Below are positions 28,858 through 37,662 of a DNA stretch of 64,000 nt, one piece after another; within the stretch, counting starts at the first letter, position 1; every line of letters starts with the position of its first letter. The translations under genes were made by a program, and so were the position numbers. The stretch lies in the NCBI GenBank assembly GCA_963739995.1, contig CAVUCH010000001.1, positions 153,521 to 217,520 on the forward strand. Reading direction: 5' to 3'. The DNA is from Vicinamibacteria bacterium. Its GTDB lineage: Bacteria > Acidobacteriota > Vicinamibacteria > Vicinamibacterales > JAENWD01. Under the pieces are notes generated by a model, which was given only the letters and a program-made list of their open reading frames with translations, did no database searches and was not told the DNA's origin.

Positions 28858-29983
28858 GACGGAGGTCGGGCCGGCGATGCGCACGGCACCGCTCGCCGGT
28901 GAGGATGTGCTGTTCCTGCGGGCGTGCCGCCGCGAGCCCGTGGAACGGACGCCCGTTTGGATCATGCGGCAGGCCGGGCGCTACCTGCCGGAATACCGCG
29001 CGATCCGGGAGCGCCGCGACTTCCTCGAATGCTGTCGTACGCCGGAGCTGGCCGCCGAGATCACAATGCAACCGGTCACGAGGCTCGGAGTCGACGCGGC
29101 CATCCTGTTCTCCGATATCCTTGTCCCCCTCCCCGGGATGGGGGTGCACGTCGAGTTCAACCCGGCCCCACAGCTCGCGCATCCCATCCGCTGCGCGGCC
29201 GACGTGGCCTCGCTGCGTGTGCCGGACGCACGCGAGGCGACACCCTTCGTGCTGCAGGCGGTGCGCCTGGTCCGCGGTCAACTTGGCGGCCGCGTGCCGC
29301 TCATCGGGTTTGCCGGCGCGCCCTTCACCATGGCGACGTACCTCGTCGAGGGCGGCGGCTCGAAGTCGTTCGCCGCCATCAAGGGGCTCCTTTTCGGCGA
29401 TACGCGCACTGCGCACCTGCTGCTCGCGATCTGCGCCGACACGGTCGCATCCTACCTCTCTGAGCAGGTGAAGGCGGGGGCGCAGGCCGCCATGCTCTTC
29501 GACACGTGGGCCGGTCTGCTCGGGCCCGAAGACGTCGGCAGCTTCGTCCTGCCGTATGCCCGGCGCGTGCTCGAAGCGGTGGGACAAGCCGCGCAAGACA
29601 TCGGCGCCCGGGTGCCGCTCATCTACTACGCCGGCGATGCCGCCGGGTGGGTCGAGGCGTGTACCGAAACCGGCGCCGACGTCATCGGCCTCGACTGGCG
29701 GATCGGCCTCGACGCCGCGCGCGCGCGCGTCGGCACGGAGGTCGCGCTTCAGGGCAACCTCGATCCGACGATCCTGCTTGGATCGCGCAGCCTCATCCGG
29801 CAGCGCACGCGTGGCGTGCTCCGCGCCGCCCGGGGGTTGACCAGCGGCGACCTCGACGCGGCGCCGGGACCGGCCATCGGCCACATCTTCAATCTCGGGC
29901 ACGGAATCCTGCCGCAGACGCCGCCGGATCACGCCCGGCTGCTCGTAGACAGCGTGCGCGAGTTCTCGGAGATCACGTCATGA
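28850..29983 (+). CDS. hemE: Uroporphyrinogen decarboxylase
   Basis: PVWIMRQAGRYLPEY, DAAILFSDIL, IGFAGAPFT, QGNLDP, IFNLGHGI. Confidence 0.96.
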   Translation: MSETEVGPAMRTAPLAGEDVLFLRACRREPVERTPVWIMRQAGRYLPEYRAIRERRDFLECCRTPELAAEITMQPVTRLGVDAAILFSDILVPLPGMGVHVEFNPAPQLAHPIRCAADVASLRVPDAREATPFVLQAVRLVRGQLGGRVPLIGFAGAPFTMATYLVEGGGSKSFAAIKGLLFGDTRTAHLLLAICADTVASYLSEQVKAGAQAAMLFDTWAGLLGPEDVGSFVLPYARRVLEAVGQAAQDIGARVPLIYYAGDAAGWVEACTETGADVIGLDWRIGLDAARARVGTEVALQGNLDPTILLGSRSLIRQRTRGVLRAARGLTSGDLDAAPGPAIGHIFNLGHGILPQTPPDHARLLVDSVREFSEITS

Positions 29984-31422
29984 GCGATGCGCCGCTGCCG
30001 GTCTATCGTCGCTCGCCGACCGTGCCCGCGGGGCCGCCGTCGTTCGAATCGGCGCCGCTCGATCTGCTGCGGCGATACGACCGGCCGGGGCCGCGCTACA
30101 CGTCGTATCCCACGGCCGTCGAGTTCCACGACGGATTCCGCGAACGGGAGTATCGTGAGCGGCTGGCTGAGGCGACGCGAGCGGCGACCGACCCGCTGTC
30201 GCTGTACATCCACCTGCCGTTCTGCCGCGAGCGCTGCTCGTTCTGCGGGTGCATGGTCATCATCACGAAAAAGCACCAGGTTGCCGCGCGGTACCTCGAG
30301 TTCCTGGCGCGCGAGGTGGCCATGCTCGCCGACGCGCTCGGCGCCCGCCGGCAGGTGGTGCAGTACCACTGGGGCGGCGGAACACCGACGTATCTGACCC
30401 TCGAGGAAATGGAAGCCCTGCACAACACGGTAGCGCAGCACTTCGATGTGCAGCCGGGCGCGGAGGTCGCCATCGAAGTGGACCCGCGGGTCACCAGCCC
30501 GCAGCAGCTGGCGCTGCTGCGGCAGCTTGGCTTCAACCGGGTATCGTTCGGCGTGCAGGACTTCACTCCCGAAGTGCAGGAAGCCGTCAATCGCATTCAG
30601 CCCGAGGCGCTCACGCACCGCCTCTTCGACGATGCCCGCCGGCTCGGGTTCGACTCGATCAACATCGACTTGATTTACGGGTTGCCGCTGCAGACACGCC
30701 ACTCGTTCGGCCGCGCGGTCGACGCCGTCGTGGCGATGCGGCCGGATCGCGTGGCCGCGTATTCGTACGCGCACGTGCCGTGGATCCGCGGCAACCAGAA
30801 GCGGATCGACCCCGCAACGCTGCCGACGGGGGAGCGCAAGCTGGAGCTGTTCGGAGAAGTGATGGACCGGTTCCTGGCGGCCGGCTACGTGCAGATCGGC
30901 ATGGATCACTTCGCGCTGCCGCACGACGAGCTCGCCCGTGCGTCGGCGGCGCGGCGGCTCCATCGCAACTTCATGGGCTACACCACCAAGCCTGCGACCG
31001 ATATGGTCGGTCTCGGCGTCTCGGCCATCGGTGACGTCGCGGGCGCGTTCGTGCAGAACACGAAGAAGCTCTCCACGTACTACGCCGACCTGGAAGCTGG
31101 CCGGTTCCCCGTGGAACGCGGGTACCTGCTCGACGCCGACGATCGGCTCCGACGGGCGCTCATCACCGAGTTGATGTGCAACTTCCGCATCGAACCGCAG
31201 GCGCTCGACGCAAGGTTCGGCATCGTGTTCGACGACTACTTCGCCCGCGAGCTCGACGAGCTTGCGACCGGGCCCATGGCCGATGGCCTGATCACACGCC
31301 AGGGCGGCGCCTTCGAGGTGACGCCGGCCGGCCGGCTGCTGGTGCGGAACATCGCCATGATCTTCGATCGTCACCTGCGCGCGCGCACCACCGAGACGCC
31401 GGTCTTCTCGAGGACAATCTGA
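29980..31422 (+). CDS. hemN: Oxygen-independent coproporphyrinogen III oxidase (radical SAM)
   Basis: GPRYTSYPTA, YIHLPFCRERCSFCGC, WGGGTPT, GMDHFA, HRNFMGY, FSRTI. Confidence 0.95.
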   Translation: MSDAPLPVYRRSPTVPAGPPSFESAPLDLLRRYDRPGPRYTSYPTAVEFHDGFREREYRERLAEATRAATDPLSLYIHLPFCRERCSFCGCMVIITKKHQVAARYLEFLAREVAMLADALGARRQVVQYHWGGGTPTYLTLEEMEALHNTVAQHFDVQPGAEVAIEVDPRVTSPQQLALLRQLGFNRVSFGVQDFTPEVQEAVNRIQPEALTHRLFDDARRLGFDSINIDLIYGLPLQTRHSFGRAVDAVVAMRPDRVAAYSYAHVPWIRGNQKRIDPATLPTGERKLELFGEVMDRFLAAGYVQIGMDHFALPHDELARASAARRLHRNFMGYTTKPATDMVGLGVSAIGDVAGAFVQNTKKLSTYYADLEAGRFPVERGYLLDADDRLRRALITELMCNFRIEPQALDARFGIVFDDYFARELDELATGPMADGLITRQGGAFEVTPAGRLLVRNIAMIFDRHLRARTTETPVFSRTI

Positions 31423-31423
31423 C

Positions 31424-32488
31424 GTGCCGACTTCGACCGCGACGGGTGCGCCCATCGCCATCCTGCTGTTCAACCTTGGCGGACCCGGCACGCTCGCCGA
31501 CGTCAGGCCGTTTCTGATCAACCTCTTCTCCGATCGCGACATCATCGAGCTGCCGCTCGGCGCACTGCTCCAGCCGGTCGTGGCGCGCATCATCGCCGCA
31601 TCGCGCGGCCCGTCGGTGCGGGAGAACTACGCCCGCATCGGCGGCGGTTCGCCGCAGCTGCGACTCACCGGCGAGCAGGCCGCCGCTCTCGAAGCCCGCC
31701 TGAACCGTCAGGGCGGCCGCGTCCGCACGTTCATCGCCATGCGGTACTGGCAGCCGACGACGGAGCAGGCGCTCGAGGCGATGGCGGCCGAGGGCATCTC
31801 CCGGGTGGTGACGCTCACGCTTTTTCCTCACTACTCGCAGGCGACAACGGGGTCCTCCGAGAAGGAGCTCGCGCGGACGCTTGCGCTCCCGAAATGGCAG
31901 GGACGGTTCACCGTGACCGGCATCCGATCCTACCCGGACGATCCCTTGTATCTGGATGCGATGACGGACACGGTGCGGCGGGCGCTCGACGGGTTCCCGG
32001 CCGACGTGCGCGAGCAAGTCGTGCTGCTCTTCAGCGCGCACGGATTGCCGCAGAAATTCATCGACCGCGGCGATCCCTACATCGAGGAGACCGGCAAGAC
32101 CCGGCGCGGCATTCTCGAGCGGCTCAACGTGCCGAACCGCCACGTGCTGGGGTACCAGTCGCGAACCGGCCCGGTGAAGTGGATTGGACCGGGCACCGAG
32201 GAGAAGCTCGAGGAGCTGGGCAGGGAAGGCGTTCGCCACGTGCTTCTGATCCCGCTGTCGTTCGTGTCAGACCACATCGAGACGCTGTACGAGGTGGACA
32301 TGCTCTTCGCCGACGCGGCGAAGGCCGCGGGCATCACCGACTACCGGCGGCCTGAGGCGCTGAACACGCACCCGCTGTTCATCGAGTCGCTGGCGCGACA
32401 GGTCGAACGGCATCTCGGGGCGGCGGCCGGGGCCGCTGACCGCGTGCGTGCAGGCGCAGCGGCCAGCAGTGCTGGAGAGGCACGATGA
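31424..32488 (+). CDS. hemH: Ferrochelatase
   Basis: LLFNLGGP, GGGSP, AMRYW, FSAHGLP, GDPY, YQSR, FVSDHIETLYE. Confidence 0.96.
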   Translation: MPTSTATGAPIAILLFNLGGPGTLADVRPFLINLFSDRDIIELPLGALLQPVVARIIAASRGPSVRENYARIGGGSPQLRLTGEQAAALEARLNRQGGRVRTFIAMRYWQPTTEQALEAMAAEGISRVVTLTLFPHYSQATTGSSEKELARTLALPKWQGRFTVTGIRSYPDDPLYLDAMTDTVRRALDGFPADVREQVVLLFSAHGLPQKFIDRGDPYIEETGKTRRGILERLNVPNRHVLGYQSRTGPVKWIGPGTEEKLEELGREGVRHVLLIPLSFVSDHIETLYEVDMLFADAAKAAGITDYRRPEALNTHPLFIESLARQVERHLGAAAGAADRVRAGAAASSAGEAR

Positions 32489-33900
32489 TGTCGCGCGTGG
32501 TGATTGCCGGCGGTGGCATAGCCGGTCTGGCGACGGCGTTCGAGCTGACGCGGGACCGACAGGGCGAACTCGACGTGACGGTGCTCGAACGCGCCGCTCG
32601 ACCTGGTGGGAACCTGCGGAGCGAGCGGATCGACGGCTACCTGTGCGAGTGGGGCCCGAACGGGTTTCTCGATAACGTCCCCGAGACAATCGCGCTCGTC
32701 CGTGAGCTCGGGATTGCGGATCGCCTGCTGCCTGCCGACGCTGCGGCGAAGCGTCGGTTCATCTACAGCAACGGCCGTCTACACGAGCTGCCGGGCGGGC
32801 CTGTGGGCTTTGCCCTGACCCGCCTGCTGTCGTTCTCAGGCCGCATGCGCGTCATGGGGGAGCCCTTCGCGGCTCACCGCCCCGACACCGACGAGACGAT
32901 TCACGCGTTTGCCGCCCGCCGCATCGGGCTCGAGGCAGCCGACGTGCTCATCGATTCGATGGTGTCGGGCGTCTTTGCCGGGAACGCGCGCGAGCTCTCC
33001 CTTCGGGCGTGCTTTCCGAAGATGTGGGAGATGGAACGCGAGCACGGCAGCCTCGTGAAGGCGATGCTGGCGAAGCGGCGCGAGCGGCGGACGTCCTCGG
33101 GTGCGCCGATGGGTGCGCCTGGTGGTCACCTGACGTCGTTCACGGGAGGCATCGAGGATCTGGTACACGCGCTCGGCCGGGCGCTCGCTCCGCGCGTGAA
33201 GACCGGCTGTGCAGTGCGCCGTGTGCGGCCACGCACGCCGGGCAGTCCCGACGGGTGGGTGGTGGAGCTCGAGGACGGCCGGTCGTTCGAGGCCGACGCG
33301 GTGGTGCTCGCGGGCAGCGCCGCGAGCAGCGCCACGCTGGTGGAGGGTTTCGATGGAACCCTTGCGGCGGTGCTTCGACAGATCCCGACGGCGCCCCTGG
33401 CGGTCGTCTGTCTCGGGTACGAAACGGCACGCCTCGACCGCCCGCTCGACGGCTTCGGTTTTCTCGTCCCCCGTGGAGAAGGCATTGCCGTCCTCGGTGC
33501 GCTCTGGGATTCGAGCATCTACCCGGGGCGCGCGCCGGAAGGTCGTTCGCTGATCCGCGTGATGATTGGCGGCGCGCATGACGCATCCGCGGTGATGCTC
33601 GATGACGAGGTGCTCATCGATCGGGCGCGCGCGGACCTGGAGACCACGATCCGCCTCAACATCGAGCCGGTGTTCACGCGGGTCTTCAGGCATCCTGCGG
33701 GCATTCCGCAGTACACAGTGGGACACCTGGATCGGGTCGCGCGGATCGACGAGCGCATGAGGCAACACCATGGGCTGTTCCTCGCCGGGAACAGCTATCG
33801 AGGGGTGTCAATCAACGCGTGCATTGCCGACGCCCGACCGCTCGCCGCCGGGGTACGGGACGCGGCGGCGGCCGCGCGGCCGCTGACCGCACTGCAGTAG
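32485..33900 (+). CDS. hemY: Protoporphyrinogen oxidase (HemY-type flavoprotein)
   Basis: IAGGGIAGL dinucleotide fold, EWGPNGF, GFGFLVP, IPQYTVGH, GNSYRGVSINAC. Confidence 0.93.
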   Translation: MMSRVVIAGGGIAGLATAFELTRDRQGELDVTVLERAARPGGNLRSERIDGYLCEWGPNGFLDNVPETIALVRELGIADRLLPADAAAKRRFIYSNGRLHELPGGPVGFALTRLLSFSGRMRVMGEPFAAHRPDTDETIHAFAARRIGLEAADVLIDSMVSGVFAGNARELSLRACFPKMWEMEREHGSLVKAMLAKRRERRTSSGAPMGAPGGHLTSFTGGIEDLVHALGRALAPRVKTGCAVRRVRPRTPGSPDGWVVELEDGRSFEADAVVLAGSAASSATLVEGFDGTLAAVLRQIPTAPLAVVCLGYETARLDRPLDGFGFLVPRGEGIAVLGALWDSSIYPGRAPEGRSLIRVMIGGAHDASAVMLDDEVLIDRARADLETTIRLNIEPVFTRVFRHPAGIPQYTVGHLDRVARIDERMRQHHGLFLAGNSYRGVSINACIADARPLAAGVRDAAAAARPLTALQ

Positions 33901-33910
33901 CGAGTCGTGG

Positions 33911-34076
33911 CTAGTCGCCTGTATCGGCTGAAGCGGTAGTGGATTTCGGAGCGCGGCGCCTGGCTGGCAAGGCGCGACGACCGAGCATACCGGGAGTATT
34001 CGAGGGAGGAGCAACGCCGCCAGCCGGGATGCCCCGCCCGAAAGGCACTACTGATTCAGCTGATACAGGCCACTAG
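33911..34076. mobile_element. 166-bp palindromic MITE/RPE-like element bounded by CTAG
   Basis: CTAGTCGCCTGTATCGGCTGAAGCGGTAGTG pairs with CACTACTGATTCAGCTGATACAGGCCACTAG (27/31), and pairing continues inward for ~58 bp. Confidence 0.75.
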
Positions 34077-34095
34077 TCCCGGTACTAGCCCTTGC

Positions 34096-34124
34096 ATGAC
34101 ACAGTCGTCCTTTGGTGCTACAGT
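34096..34124 (+). promoter_or_regulatory. Candidate promoter of the cold-shock gene
   Basis: ATGACA-17 nt-TACAGT with TG extension; implies a ~140 nt 5' UTR as in csp genes. Confidence 0.45.
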
Positions 34125-34270
34125 ATGGCTCCCCAACCTGCTGCCTGACGGGTCCCATTCCTGAGTTCCGCTCACGCATCAGCTTGCAGGCCGCGGCGAT
34201 TCAACCGCGGCGCGTTTACGACCATCCGCGCACGCCGGGCTTCGGCAAGCGTGCATCGAGGAGACACGAC

Positions 34271-34477
34271 ATGGCTACTAGCAACGGTACGATCAAGCGG
34301 CTCGTCAGGGACAAGGGATTCGGCTTCATCGCCGCATCTGATGGCAACGAGTATTTCTTCCACCAGTCCGCCTGCCAGCAGGTGCCCTTCGACGAGCTCC
34401 GCGAAGGTCAGGCCGTGACGTTTGACAAAGGTCAGGGTCCGAAGGGCCCACGCGGCGAGAACGTCCGCCCCGCATAA
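34271..34477 (+). CDS. Cold-shock domain protein
   Basis: GAGGAG SD; RNP1 KGFGFI, RNP2 YFFHQS, GPKGPR. Confidence 0.95.
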   Translation: MATSNGTIKRLVRDKGFGFIAASDGNEYFFHQSACQQVPFDELREGQAVTFDKGQGPKGPRGENVRPA

Positions 34478-34538
34478 CACCACACCACAGACAGCGCGGT
34501 GCCCCGTCCGGGCGGGTACCGCAAATCGACAGGCCGCA

Positions 34539-34583
34539 GGTGAATGCGTCGGCCGCGCTGCCGCATTCACCGGGTTTGCCTTT
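34539..34583 (+). terminator. Hairpin downstream of csp (probable terminator)
   Basis: GGTGAATGCG...CGCATTCACC stem followed by GGGTTTGCCTTT. Confidence 0.5.
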
Positions 34584-34777
34584 GATCCTTCCCGATTCAT
34601 TTCCCCACGTTGGAAGCCTCGCCCCCACGTCTCGTGCTCCGTAATTCGGCAGATTCAAGCGCACGGGGTCAACACGAACGTGTCGGGCCGCGCCGAAGCG
34701 CCCCGGCAGCTCCGCTTCTGGCACGGAGCGTGAACCCATGCGGCGTGCCGCGCCCTGTACGCGGCGGGGGAGCACGC

Positions 34778-35284
34778 ATGGTTGACGAAACCGCAGGCGC
34801 CATTGGTGGCGAGCGCGTCCAGGGCGACATGACGGAGGCGCAGAAGCGCGAGAACGTCATCCGGCTCGCGTTCGGCGGCGACGCGCGCCGCTTCGAGTCC
34901 TTCTGCGACATGGTCCGGCAAGCGGTGCCGCCCGGCACCGCCGTGGCGCTGCGCGGCAGCGCCGTCACCGGCGAGCGCTGGAAAGACGGCGCACCGTTCG
35001 ACGCGGACGGCCCGGGCACCAGCGACCTCGACCTCACGCTGGTGGGGGACGAGGTGCTGGAGAAGTACAGCCTCACAGGGTTCTACGTGCCTGGCGTTCA
35101 CACGATGCCCCTCGGTGAGGAGCACCCGGACATTGCGCCCGATCTGCTGCCGCTCCGGCAGGAGCTGATGGACGTGGTGGGCCGGCCGGTGAACATCCAG
35201 GGCACGCGCGACTTCGTGATGTACCTGCGCGGCGACCTCCTGGGTCAGCCGTACCTCACCCTCATTGGTACCGTTGGCGAGTGA
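34778..35284 (+). CDS. Stand-alone Pol-beta-fold nucleotidyltransferase-like protein
   Basis: GGGGAG SD; LRGSAVTG ... GTSDLDL (hGS + DxD). Confidence 0.7.
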   Translation: MVDETAGAIGGERVQGDMTEAQKRENVIRLAFGGDARRFESFCDMVRQAVPPGTAVALRGSAVTGERWKDGAPFDADGPGTSDLDLTLVGDEVLEKYSLTGFYVPGVHTMPLGEEHPDIAPDLLPLRQELMDVVGRPVNIQGTRDFVMYLRGDLLGQPYLTLIGTVGE

Positions 35285-36033
35285 CCCTGCGGCTTCTGAG
35301 CTACAACATCCGCTACGGCGGTCGAGGCCGCGAAGCGGAGATCGCCGCGGTCCTCGCGGCCGCGGCGCCGGACGTCGTCATCTTCCAGGAGGCGACCGAC
35401 CCCGCTGTCATTCAGCGCATCGCCGGGGCCGCGGGCATGCGAGCATGGGGTGCCCGGCGGGGCCAGTCGCTCGGCTATGCGAGCCGCGTGGAGCCTGCCC
35501 ATGTGTCGTGGCACTGGCCGCGGTCGTCGCGCCACGCGTTCCTGAAGCTGCTGCCGGCCGGCACGCACCTGGGCATATTCGGCGTACATCTGAGCGCGAT
35601 TCACGCCGCGTGGACCGAGCGTCGCCGTGTGGGTGAGGTGGCCGCGCTGCTCGATGCGATTCAAGAATGGCGGGAGGGCCCGCACGTGCTCGTCGGCGAT
35701 TTCAACACGCTGCCGCCCGGCGACGTCCTCGAGATGCGGCGGCTGCCACCGCGCCTTCGCCCGTTCGTGTGGCTGAGCGGTGGTCAGATCCGCTGGCAGG
35801 TCGTGTCGCGACTGCTGGAATCCGGGTACCTCGATGTTGCGGCGAGGTGCGAACCGGTGCCGACGCCCACGTTTCCGACGTGGAGTCCGCATCTGCGGCT
35901 CGACTATGCCTTCGTTCCGCGGGCGCGCGCAGAATCGGTCCGCGGTTACCGGGTGATCACGGAGCCGCAGGAGGTGCCCCAGGCATCCGACCACCTGCCG
36001 ATCCTTGTCGAGGTGGATGCCCCGCGGCCCTGA
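35281..36033 (+). CDS. Endonuclease/exonuclease/phosphatase (EEP) family protein
   Basis: LLSYNI, DVVIFQEA, GVHL, VGDFN, RLDY, ASDHLP; GTGA overlap with the upstream gene. Confidence 0.92.
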   Translation: MTLRLLSYNIRYGGRGREAEIAAVLAAAAPDVVIFQEATDPAVIQRIAGAAGMRAWGARRGQSLGYASRVEPAHVSWHWPRSSRHAFLKLLPAGTHLGIFGVHLSAIHAAWTERRRVGEVAALLDAIQEWREGPHVLVGDFNTLPPGDVLEMRRLPPRLRPFVWLSGGQIRWQVVSRLLESGYLDVAARCEPVPTPTFPTWSPHLRLDYAFVPRARAESVRGYRVITEPQEVPQASDHLPILVEVDAPRP

Positions 36034-36061
36034 TCGGGCGTCGTTTGCGGGCCGTTCGGTC

Positions 36062-36466
36062 CTACGAGACCGGCCGGGAGCCGTTCAGGGCTTTTCCCAC
36101 GGCCGCCACGAGGGCTTCGGGCGGGCATGGCTTGATTAGTACGGCGTGGAACCCGACCTCCTCGGCCAGCTCGATGTCGCGCAGCGCCATCGCACGGCCG
36201 GTGATGGCGATGACCGGCACCTGTCGGGTTTCAGGACGCAGCTTCACCTGGCGGCACACTTCGAAACCGTCGAAGTCAGGAAGCCCCAGGTCGGCCACGA
36301 TGACGGACGGTCCGTCCGCTTCGGCCGACCGGAGCGCCTGCGCGCCGCTCGACGCCTCCTGCACCCGAAAGCCCGACGCTGTCAGCGCGTCCGCGTAGAA
36401 TCGCAGCGCGGCGGGATCGTCTTCCACGAGCAGGACCGTGGGAAGTTTGGGATCCCCTTTGTGCAA
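36062..36466 (-). CDS. Single-domain response regulator
   Basis: VLLVEDD, VADLGLPDFDG, IAITG, LIKP. Confidence 0.9.
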   Translation of the reverse strand: MHKGDPKLPTVLLVEDDPAALRFYADALTASGFRVQEASSGAQALRSAEADGPSVIVADLGLPDFDGFEVCRQVKLRPETRQVPVIAITGRAMALRDIELAEEVGFHAVLIKPCPPEALVAAVGKALNGSRPVS

Positions 36467-36620
36467 TTGGGTTCACTCCATCGGCCGTCCGTGCCACATT
36501 ACGGGGGCGGATCTGTGGCCTACGCACATGGAATGCCGCAGCATCCACGAGCCGCGTCGCGGCAACCACGGCGGTGCGGGAATTGCTACGAAAACTCGGC
36601 GCGGCTCTCCGCACGCAGTT

Positions 36621-37643
36621 ATGAATACCGCCGACGGCTCATCAATACAAGAGGTCGCGCCCGGCCAGGCGCCTGCAGCCATCGTCAGTGGTTCGTCTGC
36701 GGCTGGCGGCGGGTACTGCGGGTATTGGTGGAGGCTTGTGAAGGCGGCCGCGCTGGTGTTCGTCGGGGTGACCGTGCACCTCTGGATTGATGGACCAATA
36801 CCATCAGCGCCCGGCAGGGATACCTCGGCCGACACACTGGTCGACACGGTCTCCGACACGATCGCGGGGTTAGGTTATTCGCGCGGCGGACCGGCAGCAC
36901 GTCAGCCAGCCCCCCTGCTCGAGCACGTGGCCGCGGAATCCGATTCTACCAAGCAAGACGAGTTGCCGCGCGCAGTGGCGACCTCGGGTCATCAAGCGGA
37001 GGCGGTTCTCGATGGCAGGGCGAGGCGCGCGGAACTGCCCGACGCACCGAAGTACCGGCACATTGCCAACGTGCCCCCAACTGGTCGCGGGCTCGTCCGG
37101 ACAGGCGGCCTGTCGGGTGTCCCAGTGGCCGAGCTGCCCGTGATGCCGTCGGCACGCCGGTTCAGCGGATGGACGGGCGAAGCTGTCGCACTCTCGCCGG
37201 TGGCGGTTCCCGACACGACCGCCCCCGAGCCACGCGGTCCGAACCTGGCCGGAGCCGCGCCAGCCGCGTCGGCAACAAGCGTTTCGCGCGCGGCGCCCGT
37301 AGCGCCGCCGCGGGAAGAAGAGTCGATTCTCCAGGTGCTGCACGAATATGAGACCGCCGTGGGCCGCAAGGACCCCGTGGCGGCAAAGGCCGTCTGGCCC
37401 GCACTCGACGACCGCGCGCTCGCGCGGGCCTTCAACGACCTGCAGTCGCAGTCGATCGCGTTCGAGGACTGCGGCGTCACCGTGGCCAACTCGAACGCCG
37501 CCGCGCGCGCGAGGTGCCAGGGCGTGGCGACCTACCTGCCCAAGGTCGGACGCCGCAAGCCAATCAGCGCCAGTCACGAGTGGACGTTCAATCTCTCGAA
37601 GACCGGCGGCGACTGGCAGATCGAGTCGGCTGCGATTCGATAG
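36621..37643 (+). CDS. Membrane-anchored protein with low-complexity linker and C-terminal NTF2-like domain
   Basis: One TM segment, Pro/Ala linker, then ILQVLHEY..AAKAVWP..LARAF..C..ARCQG..WTFNL..WQI; start uncertain. Confidence 0.65.
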   Translation: MNTADGSSIQEVAPGQAPAAIVSGSSAAGGGYCGYWWRLVKAAALVFVGVTVHLWIDGPIPSAPGRDTSADTLVDTVSDTIAGLGYSRGGPAARQPAPLLEHVAAESDSTKQDELPRAVATSGHQAEAVLDGRARRAELPDAPKYRHIANVPPTGRGLVRTGGLSGVPVAELPVMPSARRFSGWTGEAVALSPVAVPDTTAPEPRGPNLAGAAPAASATSVSRAAPVAPPREEESILQVLHEYETAVGRKDPVAAKAVWPALDDRALARAFNDLQSQSIAFEDCGVTVANSNAAARARCQGVATYLPKVGRRKPISASHEWTFNLSKTGGDWQIESAAIR

Positions 37644-37662
37644 CGCGCTACCGTCCATCTAC

